In this document: positions 24,225 through 33,747 of the stretch, piece by piece
How the letters are laid out: each line of letters begins with the position of its first letter
Numbering within the stretch: position 1 is the first letter of the stretch
From: Clostridia bacterium
Lineage (GTDB): Bacteria; Bacillota; Clostridia; UMGS1810
Direction: 5' to 3'
DNA length: 64,000 nucleotides
Assembly: GCA_045586905.1 (NCBI GenBank)
Contig: JAZNBF010000014.1
Span: 15,834 to 79,833 of the forward strand
Position numbers and translations under genes: made by a program
The notes under the pieces: generated by a model
The model's database searches: none
The model's input: the letters and a program-made list of their open reading frames with translations, nothing else
Told to the model about the DNA's origin: nothing

Positions 24225-24398
24225 GCCAAACACAATTAAATATTTTATTGCATATTATAAAGCATATATTTTTACTTTGGTAAAAATACAGGCTCTGCTT
24301 TTGCATGCTTTATAGTAGGCAATTTGATTGTGTTTGGCGACATATCGGGGCTATGTATTTTTCGAGTGTGTAGCTCCGAGTGAGCTGCACACTTTTTT
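24225..24398 (+). ncRNA. Candidate structured small RNA (about 175 nt) with its own promoter and terminator
   Basis: Four nested helices can be drawn. They are GCCAAACACAAT/ATTGTGTTTGGC (24225-36/24327-38), ATTGC/GCAAT (24247-51/24319-23), TATAAAGCAT/ATGCTTTATA (24256-65/24305-14) and TTTTTAC/GTAAAAA (24269-75/24280-86). An intrinsic terminator follows (GTGTGTAGCTC-cgagt-GAGCTGCACAC-T6, 24366-24398). I cannot assign it to an RNA family. Confidence 0.45.
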
Positions 24399-24556
24399 AT
24401 AACATAGGAAATTGCGCGAGACAGTGCGCAATTTTGCTTGTTTCAAAAAAGATTTCCTTTTTGCCCCCAAGAGTGGGGGCAGGGGGTTGATGATTGAAAA
24501 TCTTTTTTATTTCCGGAAAAATAAAGAGTAGAATTTTTATTGAAAGAGGTGAAACC

Positions 24557-24688
24557 ATGGAAAACTACAAGAAATTATATTATGAACTTTTTAATAAAAT
24601 TACAGATATAATCGAAGAATTAAAGCAAATACAAATAGATGTTGAAGAAAAATTTATTTGTGATAAAAATAAAAGGGCAAAAAATTAA
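24557..24688 (+). CDS. Small (43 aa) helical protein of unknown function
   Basis: MENYKKLYYELFNKITDIIEELKQIQIDVEEKFICDKNKRAKN, with SD AGAGGTG 6 nt upstream. The Y..LF..ITD.IEEL pattern resembles small hypothetical proteins I recall from gut Firmicutes. The track ORF start (24494) is an extension. Confidence 0.45.
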   Translation: MENYKKLYYELFNKITDIIEELKQIQIDVEEKFICDKNKRAKN

Positions 24689-24710
24689 AGTTACCTGATA
24701 AAGCATCAGA

Positions 24711-24785
24711 GCAAAGCGTTTCCTCGTAGGAATCTTGCATTTTTGCGAAGCAAAAAGCACCAATTCCGAAGAGGAAATGCTTTGC
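24711..24785 (+). other. Long nested hairpin (15-bp outer stem) downstream of the small ORF
   Basis: GCAAAGCGTTTCCTC (24711-25) pairs with GAGGAAATGCTTTGC (24771-85) with one G.U pair. Inner helices are GGAAT/ATTCC and TTTTTGC-gaa-GCAAAAA. Confidence 0.6.
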
Positions 24786-24804
24786 GACTAAAGAGGTTAA
24801 AAAG

Positions 24805-24836
24805 AAAAACATCGTCTTGTTTCAGACGATGTTTTT
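24805..24836. terminator. Bidirectional intrinsic terminator (dnaJ operon end / small ORF end)
   Basis: AAAAACATCGTCT-tgtttc-AGACGATGTTTTT is a 13-bp stem flanked by A and T runs. Confidence 0.75.
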
Positions 24837-24868
24837 CTGCATATATAATAATATTTTTACATCCCTTA

Positions 24869-26044
24869 TTATTTTTTGTCAAAAAAGTCTTTCATCTTAT
24901 CAGCAAAGCTCTTACGCTGTTTATAGTTATTTTCACCGCTTGCTTTAGCAAATTCGGCTATAATTTCCTTTTGCTCGGAAGAAAGATTTTTGGGAACTTC
25001 CACTGTGAGCTTTATGAGCATGTCGCCTCTCACACCACTTCTGACATGGGGTATGCCCTTGCCTTTCATGCGGACAACGGTTGAAGGTTGTGTGCCTTCG
25101 GGCACTGTGTAGGTCATTTTGCCGAGCTCATATTTTTTGTCGGGATCTAAAATTGGAATCTCGATGTCGGCACCAAGTGTTGCCTGAACAAAAGTGATGG
25201 GGACCTCTAAGTTGACATCATAGCCTGTGCGTGTGAAAATGCTATGGCGTTTGATGGAAACTGTTACTAAAAGATCGCCCGAGGGACCACCCTTTGTGCC
25301 TGCATTGCCAAGACCACGGTAGCTCACCGTCTCGCCCGAATTTATGCCGGCAGGAATGTCGACCTCAATATTTTTGGCTCTCTTTACCTTGCCCTTGCCA
25401 TTGCATTTCGGACAGGGGTTTTTGATGATAGAGCCTTCACCACGACAATGGGGACAGGTCTGGGTGTTTATCATCTGACCAAACATGGTGTTCTGAACAC
25501 TCTTTATCTGACCTGAGCCACCACAGTGCTGACAGGTTGTTTTGTCTGATGAAGATTTGGCACCGGTGCCCTTGCATTCTTCGCAATCTTCGATAACATA
25601 TATCTTAAGCTGTTTTTTTACGCCAAATGCCGCCTCTTCAAAGGAAAGAAGCACCCTTTCTTCGATGTCGGAGCCTTTGCGGGGACCGTTGCGGCGACGC
25701 TGAGAACCACCAAAGCCTCCGCCAAACATGGAGCCGAAAATGTCGCCAAGGTCATCGAAGCCCATGCCGCCAAAGCCGCCAAAGCCTCCTCCGCCCGGGC
25801 CACCGCCATAGTTTGGGTCAACACCGGCAAAACCAAACTGATCGTAGTTGGCTTTTTTCTGAGGATCGCTGAGCACTTCATAGGCTTCGCCTATTTCTTT
25901 GAATTTTACCTCTGCTTCCTTATCTCCGGGGTTAACATCGGGGTGATATTTTTTTGCAAGACGTCTGTATGATTTTTTAATTTCATCGTCCGTGGCGCCC
26001 TTCTGGACGCCAAGGACTTCGTAATAATCTCTTTTATCTGCCAT
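24869..26044 (-). CDS. dnaJ: Chaperone DnaJ
   Basis: J-domain (DYYEVLGV..., KYHPDVN), a G/F-rich linker and four CxxCxGxG zinc motifs. Confidence 0.97.
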   Translation of the reverse strand: MADKRDYYEVLGVQKGATDDEIKKSYRRLAKKYHPDVNPGDKEAEVKFKEIGEAYEVLSDPQKKANYDQFGFAGVDPNYGGGPGGGGFGGFGGMGFDDLGDIFGSMFGGGFGGSQRRRNGPRKGSDIEERVLLSFEEAAFGVKKQLKIYVIEDCEECKGTGAKSSSDKTTCQHCGGSGQIKSVQNTMFGQMINTQTCPHCRGEGSIIKNPCPKCNGKGKVKRAKNIEVDIPAGINSGETVSYRGLGNAGTKGGPSGDLLVTVSIKRHSIFTRTGYDVNLEVPITFVQATLGADIEIPILDPDKKYELGKMTYTVPEGTQPSTVVRMKGKGIPHVRSGVRGDMLIKLTVEVPKNLSSEQKEIIAEFAKASGENNYKQRKSFADKMKDFFDKK

Positions 26045-26064
26045 GATTCTTTGTCTCTACTTTA

Positions 26065-27894
26065 TTATTTGTTGTCATCATCCACTACGGTGTAGTCACC
26101 GTCATAGGTGTTACCCTGACCTGCATCTGTGCCGGGAGCAGCACCTGCATCACCCTGAGGGTTAGCCTGCTGATACATTTTGGATGAAATATCATAGAAT
26201 TTCTGCTGAAGTGCATCGGAAGCAGTTTTGATTGCTTCGGTGTCGGTGCCCTCTAAGGCTTTTTTGACATCGGCAATTTTTGCTTCTACATCGGCTTTGT
26301 CGCCTGCGTCGAGCTTGTCACCAAAATCGTTCATAGCTTTTTCGCACTGATAGCAGAGAGAATCGGCATTGTTGCGTGCATCGATTTCTTCTTTGCGCTT
26401 TCTGTCTTCTTCGGCAAACTGCTCTGCTTCTTTGACAGCCTTGTCGATGTCTTCATCGGTAAGGTTGGTGCTTGCAGTGATGGTGATGTCCTGAACATTG
26501 CCTGTTGCCATATCTTTGGCAGATACCTTAACGATACCGTTGGCATCGATGTCGAAGCTTACTTCGATCTGAGGTACACCACGGGGAGCAGGAGCAATGC
26601 CTGTGAGGCTGAATCTGCCGAGGGTTTTATTGTAGGCTGCCATTTCTCTTTCGCCCTGAAGAATATGAATTTCAACAGAGGTCTGATTGTCGGCAGCAGT
26701 TGAGAATACCTGAGTTTTCTTGGCAGGAATGGTAGTATTTCTTTCGATGAGCTTTGTGCATACGCCACCGAGGGTTTCGATGCCGAGTGAAAGAGGAGTT
26801 ACATCGAGAAGTACGATGTCTTTAACATCACCTGCAAGTACACCACCCTGAATAGCTGCACCCATTGCAACACATTCGTCGGGGTTGATGCCCTTGTGGG
26901 GTTCTTTGCCTGTGAAGGCTTTGACAGCTTCCTGAACTGCGGGAATACGTGAAGAACCACCAACGAGTAAAACCTTGTGGATATCGGAAGCAGAAAGACC
27001 TGCATCCTGAAGAGCTCTGCGGGTGGGTTCCATTGTTTTTTCTACGAGGTCGGCTGTGAGCTCGTCGAATTTACTTCTTGAAAGTGTAACGTCGAGGTGT
27101 TTGGGGCCTGTTGCATCAGCTGTGATAAAGGGAAGGTTGATGTTTGATGTGGTAACGCCTGAGAGCTCAATTTTGGCTTTTTCAGCGGCTTCTTTAAGAC
27201 GCTGCATAGCGATTTTGTCAACTGAGAGATCGATGTTGTTTTCTTTTTTGAATTCTTCAATGAGATAGTTCATAATCTTCTCGTCGAAATCGTCACCACC
27301 AAGGCGTGTGTTACCCCCTGTGGCTAAAACTTCAAATACACCATCGCCGATTTCGAGGATGGATACATCGAATGTACCACCACCAAGGTCATATACCATG
27401 ATTTTCTGGTCGGTGTCTTTGTCCATGCCATAGGCAAGAGCTGCAGCTGTGGGCTCGTTTATGATACGAAGAACCTCAAGACCTGCAATTTTGCCTGCGT
27501 CTTTTGTTGCCTGACGCTGTGAGTCACTGAAATATGCAGGAACTGTGATAACAGCCTGAGTTACAGTTTCGCCAAGATAGCTTTCGGCATCTGCTTTGAG
27601 CTTGGAAAGCACCATTGCGGAGATTTCCTGAGGTGTGTATTTTTTGTCGTCTATTTCAACTCTGCGGTCTGTGCCCATGTCTCTCTTGATGGATATGATA
27701 GTTTTTTCGGGGTTGGTGATTGCCTGTCTTTTAGCAACCTGACCGATAAGTCTTTCACCTGTTTTGGTGAATGCTACAACAGAAGGAGTGGTTCTTGCGC
27801 CTTCTGCATTGGCGATAACAACGGGTTCGCCACCCTCCATAACTGATACACAAGAGTTTGTTGTACCAAGGTCGATACCTATGATTTTTGCCAT
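26065..27894 (-). CDS. dnaK: Chaperone DnaK (Hsp70)
   Basis: [26 protein letters not shown] and [10 protein letters not shown] motifs; 609 aa. Confidence 0.98.
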   Translation of the reverse strand: MAKIIGIDLGTTNSCVSVMEGGEPVVIANAEGARTTPSVVAFTKTGERLIGQVAKRQAITNPEKTIISIKRDMGTDRRVEIDDKKYTPQEISAMVLSKLKADAESYLGETVTQAVITVPAYFSDSQRQATKDAGKIAGLEVLRIINEPTAAALAYGMDKDTDQKIMVYDLGGGTFDVSILEIGDGVFEVLATGGNTRLGGDDFDEKIMNYLIEEFKKENNIDLSVDKIAMQRLKEAAEKAKIELSGVTTSNINLPFITADATGPKHLDVTLSRSKFDELTADLVEKTMEPTRRALQDAGLSASDIHKVLLVGGSSRIPAVQEAVKAFTGKEPHKGINPDECVAMGAAIQGGVLAGDVKDIVLLDVTPLSLGIETLGGVCTKLIERNTTIPAKKTQVFSTAADNQTSVEIHILQGEREMAAYNKTLGRFSLTGIAPAPRGVPQIEVSFDIDANGIVKVSAKDMATGNVQDITITASTNLTDEDIDKAVKEAEQFAEEDRKRKEEIDARNNADSLCYQCEKAMNDFGDKLDAGDKADVEAKIADVKKALEGTDTEAIKTASDALQQKFYDISSKMYQQANPQGDAGAAPGTDAGQGNTYDGDYTVVDDDNK

Positions 27895-27923
27895 GATTTA
27901 TTCCTCCATTATATAGTCTTGAT

Positions 27924-28460
27924 TTAGTTTGCTACCTTTACCATGCTGTATCTGATTACTTTGTCATGGTAGGTGTAGCCTTTCTGAAATTCTTCAACAA
28001 TGATGTTTTCGCCATAGGCATCATCGTCTATGTGCATAACTGCGTTGTGAAGCTCGGGGTTAAATTCTTTCCCTACTGCTTCTACGGGTGTTACACCAAG
28101 CTTTGAAAAAGCATCTTTTGTCTGATTGAAAATCATTTCCATGCCCTTGTAGAACTCGGTGTCTTTGCTTTCGTCATCAAACGATGCCATAGCTCTTTCG
28201 AAGTTGTCGAGCACAGGTAAAAGTGATGTAACAGCATCGCCTACGCTGTCTTTGTAGATGGCTTCTTTTTCTCTCTGAGTTCGCTTTTTGAAGTTGTCAT
28301 ATTCTGCCAGAGTGCGAAGATATTTGTCATTGAGCTCGTCGAGCTTTGCCTGAAGCTGAGCTTTTTCGTTTGTTTTGGAGCTTTTTGCCTTTTTGGCAGA
28401 AGCTTCTTTTTTTGTTTCTTCCGTTTTTACTTCTTCTGCTTCGGATTTATTTTTGATCAA
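27924..28460 (-). CDS. grpE: Nucleotide exchange factor GrpE
   Basis: 178 aa. Coiled N-terminus, then the GrpE core (YLRTLAEYDNFKKRTQRE...FNPELHNAVMH...). It lies between hrcA and dnaK. Confidence 0.95.
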   Translation of the reverse strand: MIKNKSEAEEVKTEETKKEASAKKAKSSKTNEKAQLQAKLDELNDKYLRTLAEYDNFKKRTQREKEAIYKDSVGDAVTSLLPVLDNFERAMASFDDESKDTEFYKGMEMIFNQTKDAFSKLGVTPVEAVGKEFNPELHNAVMHIDDDAYGENIIVEEFQKGYTYHDKVIRYSMVKVAN

Positions 28461-29503
28461 GAGTTTTCATCTCCTTTACTGTCATTTATTATGTCGTTTA
28501 TACAAGCTGTCAGATAGTCGACAGTTGATATAACCTTTGCATAGTCCATGCGGGTGGGACCTATGATGGCAAGCTTACCCTTAAGTCCTCCACCGAGGGA
28601 ATAGTTGGAAACAACAAGGCTGATGTCCTTGTCTTTTAAGACGGGATTCTCATCACCTATGATGACCGAGGTGCTGTCGCCCGTTTCGGAAAGAAGGTTT
28701 TTGAGCATCTGACTGTTGCCTTTTTTAAGGAAGTTCAAAAAGTTCTTTGTGCGATCGATGTCGTTGAATTCGGGATGTTTGAATATGTTGGTGGTGCCAT
28801 TGAGCACAACATCGACATTTTCTGCCTCATCTGCCAGATCAACCAGAAACTCGAAAACGGGATCGATGAGCTCGTCTTCGACAGGGATGAGAGGCTTTTC
28901 TTTTGCAAGCATTATTGGATCAAAATCTCTTGCATCATAGTGAGAAAAACGGTGACTCAGATAATTTGAAAGTTTATCGAGTACATCGGGAGAATATGCC
29001 CTTGATGTGCGAATGGTACGGTTTTTGACAGAGCCATCACTTGCAACAACCAGAGCAACAAAACTTTTTTCATCGACTGCTATGAGCTTGATGTTGGTTA
29101 CAAAAAGAGCCGATGATGTGGGTGTGGTGTAGATGGCGGCATAGTCGGTGAGAGCAGAGATTACATCGGATATGCTGTCGATGGAATTACGCATTTCGAT
29201 GTATTTTCGTCTGAGTGCTGTGCTTATCTGATTGATTTCTGCCATGGAGAGCCTGTATTCGCTCATGAGCTGATCGACATACACTCTGTATCCAAGATAT
29301 GACGGAACCCTGCCTGCCGAGGTGTGTGGCTTTTCCAGATAGCCAGCTTCCTCAAGTGATGCCATTTCGTTGCGAATGGTGGCAGAGCTTACGCCGAGGT
29401 CATAATTCTGAAGAATGTGAGATGAGCCGACAGGCTCTGCAGAAGCAATGTAGTCGTCAATTATGGCACGAAGAATTTTTTTCTTTCTGTCACTGAGTTC
29501 CAT
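28457..29503 (-). CDS. hrcA: Heat-inducible transcription repressor HrcA
   Basis: 348 aa. N-terminal winged helix (RKKKILRAIIDDYIASAEPVGS) and a CIRCE operator directly upstream. Confidence 0.95.
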   Translation of the reverse strand: MELSDRKKKILRAIIDDYIASAEPVGSSHILQNYDLGVSSATIRNEMASLEEAGYLEKPHTSAGRVPSYLGYRVYVDQLMSEYRLSMAEINQISTALRRKYIEMRNSIDSISDVISALTDYAAIYTTPTSSALFVTNIKLIAVDEKSFVALVVASDGSVKNRTIRTSRAYSPDVLDKLSNYLSHRFSHYDARDFDPIMLAKEKPLIPVEDELIDPVFEFLVDLADEAENVDVVLNGTTNIFKHPEFNDIDRTKNFLNFLKKGNSQMLKNLLSETGDSTSVIIGDENPVLKDKDISLVVSNYSLGGGLKGKLAIIGPTRMDYAKVISTVDYLTACINDIINDSKGDENS

Positions 29504-29521
29504 ATTACACCTCCTGCAAAT

Positions 29522-29548
29522 TTAGCACTCGAATCTTCCGAGTGCTAA
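29522..29548. promoter_or_regulatory. CIRCE operator (HrcA binding site)
   Basis: TTAGCACTC-N9-GAGTGCTAA is a perfect match to the consensus. It lies 19 nt upstream of the hrcA ATG. Confidence 0.95.
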
Positions 29549-29552
29549 AAAT

Positions 29553-29581
29553 AAGATACCACTATTTGTCATATTTGTCAA
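29553..29581 (-). promoter_or_regulatory. SigmaA promoter of the hrcA-grpE-dnaK-dnaJ operon
   Basis: Minus strand reads TTGACA (29581-29576), a 17-nt spacer, then TATCTT (29558-29553). CIRCE follows immediately downstream. Confidence 0.6.
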
Positions 29582-29613
29582 TACAAACTGCTAAATTTAT
29601 ATATTTTTCACAA

Positions 29614-30723
29614 TCACACAAAATCACAAAGGATTGTGTTTGACACATAATATGCCCTCTCTGCTAAAATGTATCTGTCGCCACAGTCTTTAAGCATGCC
29701 ATTGGAAAGATGCTTTTGCATTGCCTCGGGGAAAGCATCTGTAATTGAAATGCCAAACCGTCTTTCAAATTCTTTTTTTACAGCACCTATGGATGTGAGG
29801 CGAAGTGAGAGAAACATAAATTCGCTCATTTCATCTTTTTTGCTTAAAACCTGAACATCTGTTTTTTCAAAAGCTTCTATATATAAGCTGAAATCACTTG
29901 TGTTTGTGTAGCGCGTGTTTTTGTAAAGTGACGATGCTGATGCGCCAAGGCCTATATATTCACTTCCAAGCCAGTATTTAAGGTTATGCTTCGATTCATA
30001 GCACGGGAGTGAAAAATTGGACAGTTCATACTGGGCATAGCCTGCATCTTTAAGAGTGGCACATATGACATCGTACATGTCGGCATATTCATCGTCGGTT
30101 TTTTCACCTATCTCACCTTTTGAAAGCATTGCATCAAACGGAGTGCCTTCTTCTATTTTGAGGCCATAGCATGAAATGTGTTCGGGATGGAGGGCTGTTA
30201 TTTTATTTATGCTCTCTGTGAGAGTTTCCATTGTCTGACCGGGCAGAGCATACATAAGGTCGAGGCTTATGTTGGAAAATCCTGCCTCTCTTAATATGGA
30301 AAAGCTCTTTTCGATGTCGGAAGAAGAGTGAAGTCTGCCAAGAGTTTTGAGCTCTGAGTCGACGAACGACTGTGCACCGAGGCTTATTCTGTTGATGCCG
30401 AGAGAATAAAGCTCTTTTGCTTTTTCTTTCGTGATGGTGCAAGGGTTTGCCTCGAGGGTTATCTCGGCTTTTGATGAAATGGTGAAATTGGACCTTATCG
30501 TTTTGAGTATGTCATCTATGGATGACAAGTCCAGAAGTGACGGTGTGCCACCTCCAAAATACACTGTATCGGCAAAAACAGCATCATCCTTGTAGGATGA
30601 TGCTTCGCTTTTCAGTGCTTTTACATATTCTCCCACGCGGGAGAGTTTGTCGGGAAATGAACAGAAATCGCAATAATTACACTTTTTTATGCAAAAAGGA
30701 ATGTGAACATATATACCTTTCAT
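29614..30723 (-). CDS. hemW: Radical SAM heme chaperone HemW (HemN-like, oxygen-independent coproporphyrinogen oxidase family)
   Basis: CxxxCxxC motif (CIKKCNYCDFC), 369 aa. It sits upstream of hrcA, as in Bacillus. Confidence 0.88.
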   Translation of the reverse strand: MKGIYVHIPFCIKKCNYCDFCSFPDKLSRVGEYVKALKSEASSYKDDAVFADTVYFGGGTPSLLDLSSIDDILKTIRSNFTISSKAEITLEANPCTITKEKAKELYSLGINRISLGAQSFVDSELKTLGRLHSSSDIEKSFSILREAGFSNISLDLMYALPGQTMETLTESINKITALHPEHISCYGLKIEEGTPFDAMLSKGEIGEKTDDEYADMYDVICATLKDAGYAQYELSNFSLPCYESKHNLKYWLGSEYIGLGASASSLYKNTRYTNTSDFSLYIEAFEKTDVQVLSKKDEMSEFMFLSLRLTSIGAVKKEFERRFGISITDAFPEAMQKHLSNGMLKDCGDRYILAERAYYVSNTILCDFV

Positions 30724-30748
30724 ATTAAAACTCCTTTAGAAATGTGTG

Positions 30749-31534
30749 TTATTTAAAAAGAAGATTATATGCATTGTTATAGAGTATGTTTTCGTTTTCT
30801 TCGTCGGTGAGACCGAGAGAGAGAAACTTTTCGATGCCCTCGGCATGACGCTCTATGGGATAGTCGGTGCCAAAGAGGATTTTGTCGGTGCCGTGGTTTC
30901 TCATCATTTTTACCGCTCTATCCTTGGGAAGTTTACGGTCGGTGCTGGAGCAGTCCATGTATATGTCTTTGCCGACGAGGAGTTCTTCTGCCTCGTCCCA
31001 CTTGAGATGTCCGCCAAGGTGGGCGCCGATGACAATAATTCCCGGGAAATCATTTAAAACTTTGAGAAGTCGGTGAGCAGAGGAGTAGTCATATTTGACA
31101 TCGCCCATGTGAAAAAGAATGGGAAGTTTTTCGGCACGGATGATATCGTAGGCAGGATACATACGTCTGTCATCTATATTGAAAAACTGGAAATCGGGGT
31201 GAAGCTTGATGCCTTTTAAGCCAAGGCTTTTGATGCGGAGAATCTCTTTTTCAAAATCGGTGTAGTCGGGGTGAAGAGTGCCAAAGCCTGCAACAGAGTC
31301 GGAAAGGTGGGAAGAGGTGGCATCGTTGACAGTTTCTACCTGAGATGCTTTGAGGGCAGAGGAATGAATGACTATTTTTTCGACTCCTGCCTCGGAGGCG
31401 CTTTGGGTGAGGTCTTCGATGGTGCCCTTTCCGTGCATGTCGTAGTTATAGTAGGTGCCAACATGTTCCACTGCATTGGGAGCAAGCTTTGAAGGCCAGA
31501 TGTGAGTGTGGATGTCTATTATTTTGTGTTGCAT
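30749..31534 (-). CDS. Amidohydrolase-2 family (TIM-barrel metal-dependent hydrolase/decarboxylase) protein
   Basis: N-terminal IIDIHTHIWP metal-binding motif and later HLGG. I prefer ATG 31534, after a CAGGTGA SD, over the track's GTG 31543. Confidence 0.75.
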   Translation of the reverse strand: MQHKIIDIHTHIWPSKLAPNAVEHVGTYYNYDMHGKGTIEDLTQSASEAGVEKIVIHSSALKASQVETVNDATSSHLSDSVAGFGTLHPDYTDFEKEILRIKSLGLKGIKLHPDFQFFNIDDRRMYPAYDIIRAEKLPILFHMGDVKYDYSSAHRLLKVLNDFPGIIVIGAHLGGHLKWDEAEELLVGKDIYMDCSSTDRKLPKDRAVKMMRNHGTDKILFGTDYPIERHAEGIEKFLSLGLTDEENENILYNNAYNLLFK

Positions 31535-31603
31535 TATTATCACCTGGATTTTGCAGAATTTAAAACCAATGCGAATAGCCGGTGGCTATCCGCATTGTAT
31601 TTT

Positions 31604-32392
31604 TCAGAGTCCTAAAAGTTTTTTTGCATTGAGAGAGAATATCTGTTCTTTCTCTTTGTCGGAAAGAAGCGGATCAAACTCCAGTGCTCCGACATAGGCA
31701 CCAAGAGTACAGGTGGGATAGTCGGAACCGAAAAGGAGACGGTCGATGCCCATCTTATCTATCATGGTGCGAAGTGAACCGTAGTGTGGTGTGCCATAGC
31801 CTGAAATGTCGAGATAGTAATTTTCATACTTTTTGGCACGCTCTATCTGACGGGTAACATCGGCATAGAAGCCAGGATGAGCACCCACGAAAATCATATC
31901 GGGATGAAGGCTTACCATAGTGTCCATTGCATCGTCATTGTAGCAATGAAAATTGCAGATGTAGCCAAGCTTTGCCGCTTCATCAAGAATTGGGTTAAAG
32001 CCCTCTTCGTCATAGTTTTTCCAACCGTAACAGCCCGGCAAAAGCTCACCTATGAGTTTTACTCCCTGAGTTTTCATAAAATGAAGTTCCTCGATTGACT
32101 CGTCAATATAATATGGATGAATATGAATGCCAGGGATGTAGAAATCACCGTAGTGCTTATCTCTTATCTCAAGTGCAGTGCGATTATCTGCTTTGCATTT
32201 TTCCCAGCCTTTGAGCTTGCAATCGGCACTTAGTGACAAAACAGAGCCACAGATGGTGGAAATGTTGTAATGTCTGAAATGCTCTCTTGTGTAGTCAAGA
32301 TCCATTCTTTCGTTGACAGAATCGAAGCAACAAATGTTGTTTTCGCTTTTTATGAAAGGATGTGTATGAAAATCTATAATTTCAAAACCCAT
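31604..32392 (-). CDS. Amidohydrolase-2 family protein (paralog A)
   Basis: MGFEIIDFHTHPF...; 262 aa from ATG 32392, since the track GTG 32401 lies inside the SD GAGGTG. It is collinear with the next gene. Confidence 0.75.
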   Translation of the reverse strand: MGFEIIDFHTHPFIKSENNICCFDSVNERMDLDYTREHFRHYNISTICGSVLSLSADCKLKGWEKCKADNRTALEIRDKHYGDFYIPGIHIHPYYIDESIEELHFMKTQGVKLIGELLPGCYGWKNYDEEGFNPILDEAAKLGYICNFHCYNDDAMDTMVSLHPDMIFVGAHPGFYADVTRQIERAKKYENYYLDISGYGTPHYGSLRTMIDKMGIDRLLFGSDYPTCTLGAYVGALEFDPLLSDKEKEQIFSLNAKKLLGL

Positions 32393-32402
32393 AAAATTCA
32401 CC

Positions 32403-33191
32403 TCATTTTATGCCTAAGATGGTCTTTGCGTTAAGGCTGCAGATTTTTTCTCTTTCGGTGTCGGTAAGGTCGGGGTCCAAAAGAACTGCGCCCATTACAA
32501 TCTGAGGATTGCAAAATGGATAGCCTGAGCCGAAAAGAATACGGTCGGCACCGACTTTGTCGATGGTGTGACGGAGCATACCATGACGGAAGGAAGCATA
32601 GCCACCCGAAAGGTCGATGTAGTAGTTTTCGTTTTTCATCATTCTTTCGATGTGTTTTTGCACTCCTGCGGGTTCTCCTGTTTTGGAGATAACGCATATG
32701 ACATCTTTACGGATATTTGCAAATTCATCGAGCATATCGTGAGAAAAAGCTTGCAGACTCATAACCATCCCGAGCTTTGCAGCTTCTTCCATGAGGGTGA
32801 TAAAGCCCTCGGAGGTGTAGCCATCGAACTTATAGTCGACAGGAGAAAGCTCACCAATGAGATTGACGCCGAAGGAATGCATAAGCTTCATTTCGTTTAT
32901 CGACTCATCAATGAAGTCGGGGTGAATATGGAAACCGGGTATGTAGAAATCGCCATAGATATCTTTAAGTTCCAGAGCTGTGCGATTGCACCTGCGGGCT
33001 TTGTCCCACTCGGTCTCCCCTTCGGGAGTGTCGGGCTCGACAACTGAGCCGCAGATGGTGGAAATGCCTACGCTCTCATACATTTCTTTGGTTTTTTCTA
33101 CACTCATCTCCACATGTGATTTATACAGAGAGATGTTGTTTTTGGGTTCTATGAAAGGGTGTGTGTTAAAATCGATAATTTCAAAACTCAT
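32403..33191 (-). CDS. Amidohydrolase-2 family protein (paralog B)
   Basis: MSFEIIDFNTHPF...; 262 aa. It shares blocks with paralog A (TICGSV, CNRTALE, DFYIPG.HIHP..IDESI.E, LIGEL, NYY.D.SG, DR.LFGS.YP, FSLNAK/CSLNAK). Confidence 0.75.
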   Translation of the reverse strand: MSFEIIDFNTHPFIEPKNNISLYKSHVEMSVEKTKEMYESVGISTICGSVVEPDTPEGETEWDKARRCNRTALELKDIYGDFYIPGFHIHPDFIDESINEMKLMHSFGVNLIGELSPVDYKFDGYTSEGFITLMEEAAKLGMVMSLQAFSHDMLDEFANIRKDVICVISKTGEPAGVQKHIERMMKNENYYIDLSGGYASFRHGMLRHTIDKVGADRILFGSGYPFCNPQIVMGAVLLDPDLTDTEREKICSLNAKTILGIK

Positions 33192-33214
33192 AAGTCACCT
33201 CGCGGATCATTCAA

Positions 33215-33745
33215 TCAGAATTCGAAACCTGCACGTATTGCTTTCATATTGTTCTCCAAAAGTTCGGGTTTGCCCTGTGGAACGAGCTTTGCAATAGCAG
33301 CTTCGAGCTGTTCCCATGTGAACATCTGAGTTTCTTTGATGAGTTTACCCACCATAATCATGTTGGCAAGTTTGGGAAGTCCCATATCGTTTGCCATCTG
33401 AGTTGCAGGAATGGGGAAAGCGTCTACATCGTCTCTTTCACAATCTCTTGAAATGAGAGAAGAATCCATGAAAATTTTACCGCCGGGGAGAACGGTTTTC
33501 TCGAATTTGTCGAGTGAAGGACCGTTCATAACAACGATTGCACCGGGTTCGGGGATGATGGGAGAAGCGACATCTTCATCGGACACGATAACGCTGCAGC
33601 TTGCTGTGCCGCCACGCATTTCGGGACCGTAGGAAGGAAGATGAGAAACATTTTTGCCCTCATTCATGCCTGCATATGCAACGACTTTGCCTGCAAAGAG
33701 AATACCCTGACCACCAAAGCCTGCGAATATTGTTTCGTAAGTCAT
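33215..33745 (-). CDS. 2-oxoacid:ferredoxin oxidoreductase, gamma subunit
   Basis: MTYETIFAGFGGQGILFAGK... is a typical gamma-subunit N-terminus. ATG 33745 lies 2 nt after the beta-subunit stop. The track ORF (to 33820) is an extension. Confidence 0.88.
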   Translation of the reverse strand: MTYETIFAGFGGQGILFAGKVVAYAGMNEGKNVSHLPSYGPEMRGGTASCSVIVSDEDVASPIIPEPGAIVVMNGPSLDKFEKTVLPGGKIFMDSSLISRDCERDDVDAFPIPATQMANDMGLPKLANMIMVGKLIKETQMFTWEQLEAAIAKLVPQGKPELLENNMKAIRAGFEF

Positions 33746-33747
33746 AA

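Noticed and set aside
24743-25084. A 113-aa plus-strand ORF.
   Set aside because: It starts inside the long hairpin, crosses the bidirectional terminator and runs antisense into dnaJ. It is not credible.
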